Shown here piece after piece: positions 59,275 through 64,000 of a stretch of DNA of 64,000 bases. The position numbers and the translations under genes are program-made. The stretch is taken from NCBI GenBank assembly GCA_016932035.1, contig JAFGDR010000022.1, forward strand, positions 1,226-65,225, read 5' to 3'. Every line of letters starts with the position of its first letter. Positions within the stretch are counted from its first letter, which is position 1. This stretch comes from Candidatus Cloacimonadota bacterium. Lineage in GTDB: Bacteria; Cloacimonadota; Cloacimonadia; JGIOTU-2. A model generated the notes under the pieces. That model did not search any database. It worked only from the letters and a program-made list of their open reading frames with translations, and was not told the DNA's origin.

Positions 59275-60038
59275 AAAATATTATAAAACTCACAGACGTC
59301 CATAAGGTTTATAAGGGGGGTACCCATGCACTTAAAGGTATCAATCTCGAAGTGAAAGAAGGTGAATTTCTTATACTCCTTGGTTTGTCCGGTTCGGGCA
59401 AATCAACGTTGCTTCGGTGCATGAACAGATTGATCGAACCAACATCTGGTGAAATAGAGATTGACGAAGAGAATGTGATCACTGCAAAAGGAAAACGGCT
59501 TCGCAAAATACGTCGCCATATCGGCATGATTTTTCAGCAATTCAATCTCATTAAAAACCTGAGTGCTTTGACAAATGTTCTTTCAGGCAAACTGGGTTAT
59601 GTTTCTCTCTGGCATGCAATCACCTTTTCGATGCACAAAAATGATGTTGAGATTGCAATGAGTAATCTCAAGAGAGTGGGACTCGAAACATTCGCAAGAA
59701 ACAAAGCGCGCAATCTAAGCGGTGGTCAGCAGCAGCGTGTTGCCATTGCCCGTGCGCTCATGCAGAATCCCAAAGTGATCTTCGCTGATGAGCCCGTCGC
59801 CAGTCTTGACCCGGCAACTGCAGATTCAGTGATGAGATATCTCGGTGAGCTCAATAAGAAAGATAATATCACAATTCTATGCTCTCTTCACTTCCTCAGT
59901 CTGGCACGCAAATACGGCACCCGGGTTGTTGCTTTAAAAGATGGTAATATTGTGTTCGATGGAACGCCAATTGAAATAGACGAGAAGAAATTCAAAGATA
60001 TTTATGGAGAAGATGCTGAGGAGGTTGAAATAAGATGA
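59271..60038 (+). CDS. phnC: Phosphonate-type ABC transporter ATP-binding protein (PhnC-like)
   Basis: Walker A 'GLSGSGKST', signature 'LSGGQQQRVAIARAL', Walker B 'IFADEPVASLD'. Confidence 0.8.
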   Translation: MKNIIKLTDVHKVYKGGTHALKGINLEVKEGEFLILLGLSGSGKSTLLRCMNRLIEPTSGEIEIDEENVITAKGKRLRKIRRHIGMIFQQFNLIKNLSALTNVLSGKLGYVSLWHAITFSMHKNDVEIAMSNLKRVGLETFARNKARNLSGGQQQRVAIARALMQNPKVIFADEPVASLDPATADSVMRYLGELNKKDNITILCSLHFLSLARKYGTRVVALKDGNIVFDGTPIEIDEKKFKDIYGEDAEEVEIR

Positions 60039-61246
60039 AGAAACATAGCAGAACAAAAGCATTTATTCAATCGATTGCAACCGATCTTCTTTTCTGGATA
60101 TACCTTTTCTCATGCCTGTACTATCTCTTTCATAAATGGACCGGATTCACTGCGGATTTATTGTACATCGGTCTCGCAGCAGTCATCGCTACAATCCTTT
60201 TCCAGATATTACGAATCTCAATCGGTGTAAAAGTATTTTTTTCCAAAAAGAAAGCAAAGAAAAGCCTTTTCAGGTCCGCTTTAAGCTATTTTATAATCAT
60301 TGCATTGCTTGTAACATTTATAGTAGGAATAAATATTGTTGGTGTGGATTTTTATAAATTCTTCACAAAATTCCAGAATGCAGGTGGAATTGCATCCGGT
60401 ATTTTTGATCCAAGTATTACTGGCTATTCACTTTCTGCGACCTCCATTGATAATTTACAAAAAGAGAATGTACCGCAAGATGTACTCAGTTCCCTGGAAG
60501 GTGTTGTTAACAGAAAATTTGCCACAAAAAAAGTATTCCTTGATGAACTCAAAAAACGTCTGGACGACTCGCAACTTCGAGAATATAAATCAGAAATATT
60601 TAAAAATGCCGATAAGAATAATGAACTATTAAACAAAGCTCTTTCTGCGCTTGCTGAAACGATTTTCCTTGCACTTCTGGCAACGGTTTTTGCCATCCCT
60701 TTTGCATTTATTCTCAGTTTCTTTGCAGCGCGAAACCTCATGCCGAAAACCTGGCTGGGAAATACTGTATATATTGTAATACGAACCGTTGCAACGATTT
60801 TTAGGTCAATCGAAGCGATCGTATGGGCAATCATATTCAGTGTATGGGTCGGTATTGGTCCTTTTGCCGGTATGCTTGCCCTTATGATACATTCCATTGC
60901 TGCACTAACCAAACTCTACTCGGAACAGATCGAGAACATTGATTCCGGTCCTGTCGAAGCAATCAAGGCAACAGGGGCAAGTACACTTCAGACATGGATA
61001 TATGCAGTTATTCCACAGATCGTTTCCCCATTCCTTGCATTTACCATATATCGTTGGGACATTAATGTACGAATGGCTACGATCGTTGGTTTTGTTGGGG
61101 GCGGTGGTATCGGTCTCCTTCTTCTCCAGCAACAGCAACTCCTTCGCTGGCACAACGTCGGCTTATTGATATGGCTCATTGCTTTCGTGGTCTGGGTTAT
61201 GGATATGGTCAGTGCAAAAGTGCGTGAGAAACTGGTTGGGATGTAG
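60035..61246 (+). CDS. phnE: ABC transporter permease (PhnE-like) with an additional N-terminal region of about 150 aa
   Basis: 'EAIKATGAS' EAA-loop motif in the C-terminal permease core, 403 aa. Confidence 0.65.
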   Translation: MKKHSRTKAFIQSIATDLLFWIYLFSCLYYLFHKWTGFTADLLYIGLAAVIATILFQILRISIGVKVFFSKKKAKKSLFRSALSYFIIIALLVTFIVGINIVGVDFYKFFTKFQNAGGIASGIFDPSITGYSLSATSIDNLQKENVPQDVLSSLEGVVNRKFATKKVFLDELKKRLDDSQLREYKSEIFKNADKNNELLNKALSALAETIFLALLATVFAIPFAFILSFFAARNLMPKTWLGNTVYIVIRTVATIFRSIEAIVWAIIFSVWVGIGPFAGMLALMIHSIAALTKLYSEQIENIDSGPVEAIKATGASTLQTWIYAVIPQIVSPFLAFTIYRWDINVRMATIVGFVGGGGIGLLLLQQQQLLRWHNVGLLIWLIAFVVWVMDMVSAKVREKLVGM

Positions 61247-61261
61247 TCCATACAATTCTTC

Positions 61262-61924
61262 ATGAATTTCAAAGCAGTTATATTCGATCTCGACGGTACA
61301 TTGATCGACTCCATGGGTTTATGGACCCAGGTGGATCGTGAATTCCTTGGAAAAAGAAATATTCCTGTACCGGACGATTTATTTGATGATATTCAGGTTG
61401 GAAACAGTTACGTCGAGGTCGCAGAACATTTCAAAAGAAAATTTAATTTACCCGATAGTGCTGAAGATATCATGAACGAATGGACGGATATGGTCGCCTG
61501 GCATTACAAGAATGATATTCCCCTCAAAGCTGGCGCTAAAGAATTTCTCACCTTCCTCCACGAGAATGGAATCAAGATAGGTGTAGGCACAAGCAATATT
61601 CACCACCTCACGGAAGTTGTACTTTCAGCGAATGATGTGTGGCATTATGTCGATGCAGTTGTTGACGGACAGGAAAATCTCAGGGGAAAGCCGATGCCGG
61701 ATATCTTCCTTCGGGTTGCAGAAAAGCTTGGTGTCAAGCCGGAAGACTGCCTGGTTATTGAAGATGTGATAGCAGGTGTGATGGCTGCAAAAAATGCAGG
61801 GATGAACTCCTTTGCAATCGAGGATGACTATTCAATAAAGGATAAAGATCAGATCAAGGAATATGTGGATTTCTATGCTCGTGATTTTCATGAGATAAAA
61901 GATAAACTTACATCTTCAGCCTAA
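61262..61924 (+). CDS. HAD-superfamily hydrolase (beta-phosphoglucomutase-like subfamily)
   Basis: 'VIFDLDGTLIDS' motif I and downstream HAD motifs, 220 aa. Confidence 0.7.
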   Translation: MNFKAVIFDLDGTLIDSMGLWTQVDREFLGKRNIPVPDDLFDDIQVGNSYVEVAEHFKRKFNLPDSAEDIMNEWTDMVAWHYKNDIPLKAGAKEFLTFLHENGIKIGVGTSNIHHLTEVVLSANDVWHYVDAVVDGQENLRGKPMPDIFLRVAEKLGVKPEDCLVIEDVIAGVMAAKNAGMNSFAIEDDYSIKDKDQIKEYVDFYARDFHEIKDKLTSSA

Positions 61925-61938
61925 AAGAGGATCACATC

Positions 61939-62922
61939 ATGAAAAAGTACCTTCTCGGCATTTTCTGCTTATTCTTAGTCATCTCCTTTCTTTCCGCTGA
62001 GGAAGTCATGATGTTCACTGCAAACCAATATTTTGATTCGAGGATTTACACCCTTTCACCAAGTGGAACAGTTCAAAATTTCTTCCATTATGAAAATTAT
62101 CATTTCTGTGATATGGCGGTTGTGAATAATGAACTCTACGTTGCAGAAGCATTTGCTCCCCGTGTTCTGAAAGTCGATCTCGAAACAGGTGATCTCGATG
62201 TGGTTGTCGATGACTGGAGTTTATTCTACTTCTACGATCTTGCTTTTGATGGCAGCTATTTTTATGTAACAGAATGGGATCTGAACCGCTACGACATTAA
62301 TGGTGTTAAAGACGGCACCGCGTCTTTCGATGAGGATGTGTTCGGCAGTACGTGGGATGGGCAATATTTCTGGATGCTGAATGATAATGCTCAAATAAAA
62401 TGCTGGGATATAACCTTCTGGCCAAATCTCACTGAGATCACTGCAAATAATTTCTATCCACCTTCAGATTCCTGCCGCGGCTTATGGTTCGATGGCACCT
62501 ACTTCTGGTCTGCGGAAAGTCTCGATGGTTCCCTTGGATACATTTACCAATTCGATTATTCCGGTCAAATCATCGAGCAGACCCTTTCACCTGCATGGGT
62601 TGGATTCGGTGTTTGTAAACTCGATATGCCCGTTGCGGTTGATGGATCTACTCAGCAAGATGTTCCCACATTCAGTATTTCCCCAAATCCTTTTACAGAC
62701 ACCATCAGTATGACCCTACTTCTCAAGTATAGCGATTACATCGAATACGAATTATATGATATAAAAGGAAGAAAGCTTATGCAATTCTGCCCGGGTTACC
62801 TGAGCGCAGGCACGTATAATTTTGATTGGAACTTACATGATATTCCACCTGGAATTTATTTTCTGAAGGTAAAAAATCATACGGATATTAGTCCCATAAA
62901 AATACTTCATCTCTCTTCGTAA
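61939..62922 (+). CDS. Secreted beta-propeller-like protein with a T9SS C-terminal sorting domain. A glutaminyl-cyclase-like fold is possible.
   Basis: Signal peptide. Repeated aromatic-rich blades ('LYVAEAFAPRVLKVDLETGDL'). C-terminal 'NPFTDTISMTL...YELYDIKGRKL...PGIYFLKV'. Confidence 0.45.
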   Translation: MKKYLLGIFCLFLVISFLSAEEVMMFTANQYFDSRIYTLSPSGTVQNFFHYENYHFCDMAVVNNELYVAEAFAPRVLKVDLETGDLDVVVDDWSLFYFYDLAFDGSYFYVTEWDLNRYDINGVKDGTASFDEDVFGSTWDGQYFWMLNDNAQIKCWDITFWPNLTEITANNFYPPSDSCRGLWFDGTYFWSAESLDGSLGYIYQFDYSGQIIEQTLSPAWVGFGVCKLDMPVAVDGSTQQDVPTFSISPNPFTDTISMTLLLKYSDYIEYELYDIKGRKLMQFCPGYLSAGTYNFDWNLHDIPPGIYFLKVKNHTDISPIKILHLSS

Positions 62923-63000
62923 AAAGCCCTTGCCCAAATAACATTTAGCTTGACGTCTTCAGCCCACTTTTTGTTCTCTACATACACGAGGTTTGTAAAT

Positions 63001-64000
63001 ATGGCAAAACAAGACAAAGGATATCCTTCCTTTGAATTCATAGCAGTTGATACTGAAACCACAGGTCTGGATGCGAAAACCGATAATGTGATCGAGATCG
63101 GTGCTGTCCATTTTAAAGAGGGGAAACAGGTTGGAGAATTCCAGACCTTCATTCATATCGACAGACCACTTCCCGATGCCATAAAAGTACTCACACACAT
63201 AACGGATAAAAACCTCGTGAATGCCCCTTCTATTAAGATGGCTTTGGAGGATTTTATTGAGTTTATTGGAGATACTCCGCTTTGTTTTCATAATGCAGGT
63301 TTTGATCTTGGTTTTCTGAACGAATCGCTGGGATCATGCAGATTATCACCAATCAAAAATGCTTATTATGATACAGTCGAGATTTCACGTATTTTCCTTC
63401 CACATCTTAAATCCCACTCGCTCGATACCGTTGCAGAATACTTCGATATTCTTAATCCGCAAGCACATAGAGCTCAGCACGACGCTCGAGCAACAGGTGA
63501 GATATTTCTAAAGCTGACTGATTTTATCATTCAATATATCGATCTCAAGCTGGTAAAACAGATCGAGGAGATCGCTTCTTTTGCCTATCAGCAGAATGGT
63601 ATGCTGGACTACCTTCAAAAGATACTCGGATACCTTACAAAGATGTATCTTCAAAGGCAGGGGCAAAAGGTTCCTGAAATTCCTTTCTTCACCAGACCAA
63701 ACTACCTGAATAACCTTCCAAAGAGTGAACCTCCTAGCATACTTTTTAATGAGGATGATATCCTGCAACTCTTTGAAGAGGGCGGTTCACTTGCTGAGAA
63801 TTTTGGTCAGTATGAATATCGTCAAGGACAGATCGACATGGCTTCCTGGGTTACAGAAGCATACCAGGACGGCAAGATACTGCTTATCGAAGCTGGAACT
63901 GGAGTCGGCAAGTCCCTGGCATATCTGGTTCCCTCCATTTATTTTTCTAAATTTGCAAACCAACGCGTCATCATCTCCACTAATACAAAAAATCTCCAAG
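63001..64000 (+). CDS. DnaQ-like 3'-5' exonuclease domain fused to a DinG-family helicase (5' part; continues beyond the window)
   Basis: 'FIAVDTETTGLD' Exo I motif, and further on 'GQIDMASWVTEAYQDGKILLIEAGTGVGKSLAYLVP' helicase motif I. No stop codon before the window end. Confidence 0.6.
   Translation, partial: MAKQDKGYPSFEFIAVDTETTGLDAKTDNVIEIGAVHFKEGKQVGEFQTFIHIDRPLPDAIKVLTHITDKNLVNAPSIKMALEDFIEFIGDTPLCFHNAGFDLGFLNESLGSCRLSPIKNAYYDTVEISRIFLPHLKSHSLDTVAEYFDILNPQAHRAQHDARATGEIFLKLTDFIIQYIDLKLVKQIEEIASFAYQQNGMLDYLQKILGYLTKMYLQRQGQKVPEIPFFTRPNYLNNLPKSEPPSILFNEDDILQLFEEGGSLAENFGQYEYRQGQIDMASWVTEAYQDGKILLIEAGTGVGKSLAYLVPSIYFSKFANQRVIISTNTKNLQ

Noticed and set aside
1-64000. CRISPR arrays, tRNA/rRNA genes, transposases, integrases, phage genes
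   Set aside because: I saw no direct-repeat/spacer periodicity, no cloverleaf-compatible segments in the intergenic gaps, and no recombinase or transposase-like ORFs in any frame.

Overview
This is a 64-kb chromosomal window from an AT-rich Gram-negative bacterium. Assigning it to the FCB-group (Cloacimonadota/Fibrobacterota-like) is my inference from protein signatures only. I found no rRNA or tRNA genes, no CRISPR array, and no transposase or integrase. The window holds about 55 protein genes, mostly housekeeping, in three blocks.

(1) 1-15.4 kb: a giant 2083-aa outer-membrane protein on the minus strand that may be a SprA/Sov-like T9SS translocon, followed by dtd, glyS, an aminotransferase, a PfkB kinase, purM and a lipoyl ligase.

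(2) 15.5-35 kb: the accessory region. It starts with a TonB-dependent receptor, exbB, two exbD genes and tonB. These continue, with no intervening terminator, into a 1024-aa T9SS-CTD cargo protein, a translationally coupled FadL/PorV-like outer-membrane protein, and three tandem paralogous ~700-aa BNR/Asp-box beta-propeller proteins with T9SS C-terminal sorting domains. The first paralog shares the upstream operon and ends at a rho-independent terminator; the second and third each follow a terminator and are probably transcribed separately. A three-lipoprotein operon follows (LpoB-like, TPR lipoprotein, LPP20-like).

(3) 35-64 kb: a long minus-strand housekeeping string: infC(AUU start)-rpmI-rplT-pheS-pheT-coiled-coil-zapA-[structured RNA, possible 6S]-rny-ymdB-folD-orphan 831-aa lipoprotein. 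After it come lpxB, a PpiD-like chaperone, yigZ, a cold-shock protein, a dGTPase-like HD protein, prfB with the classic +1 programmed frameshift (which the ORF track splits), lysS, an M29-like peptidase, a PhnDCE-type ABC transporter, a HAD hydrolase, another T9SS-CTD beta-propeller protein and a partial DnaQ-DinG-like exonuclease/helicase.

The most notable candidate system is the TonB-dependent uptake plus T9SS-secreted BNR-propeller locus. Its cargo protein and PorV-like partner share tandem DxDxDG calcium-loop motifs.
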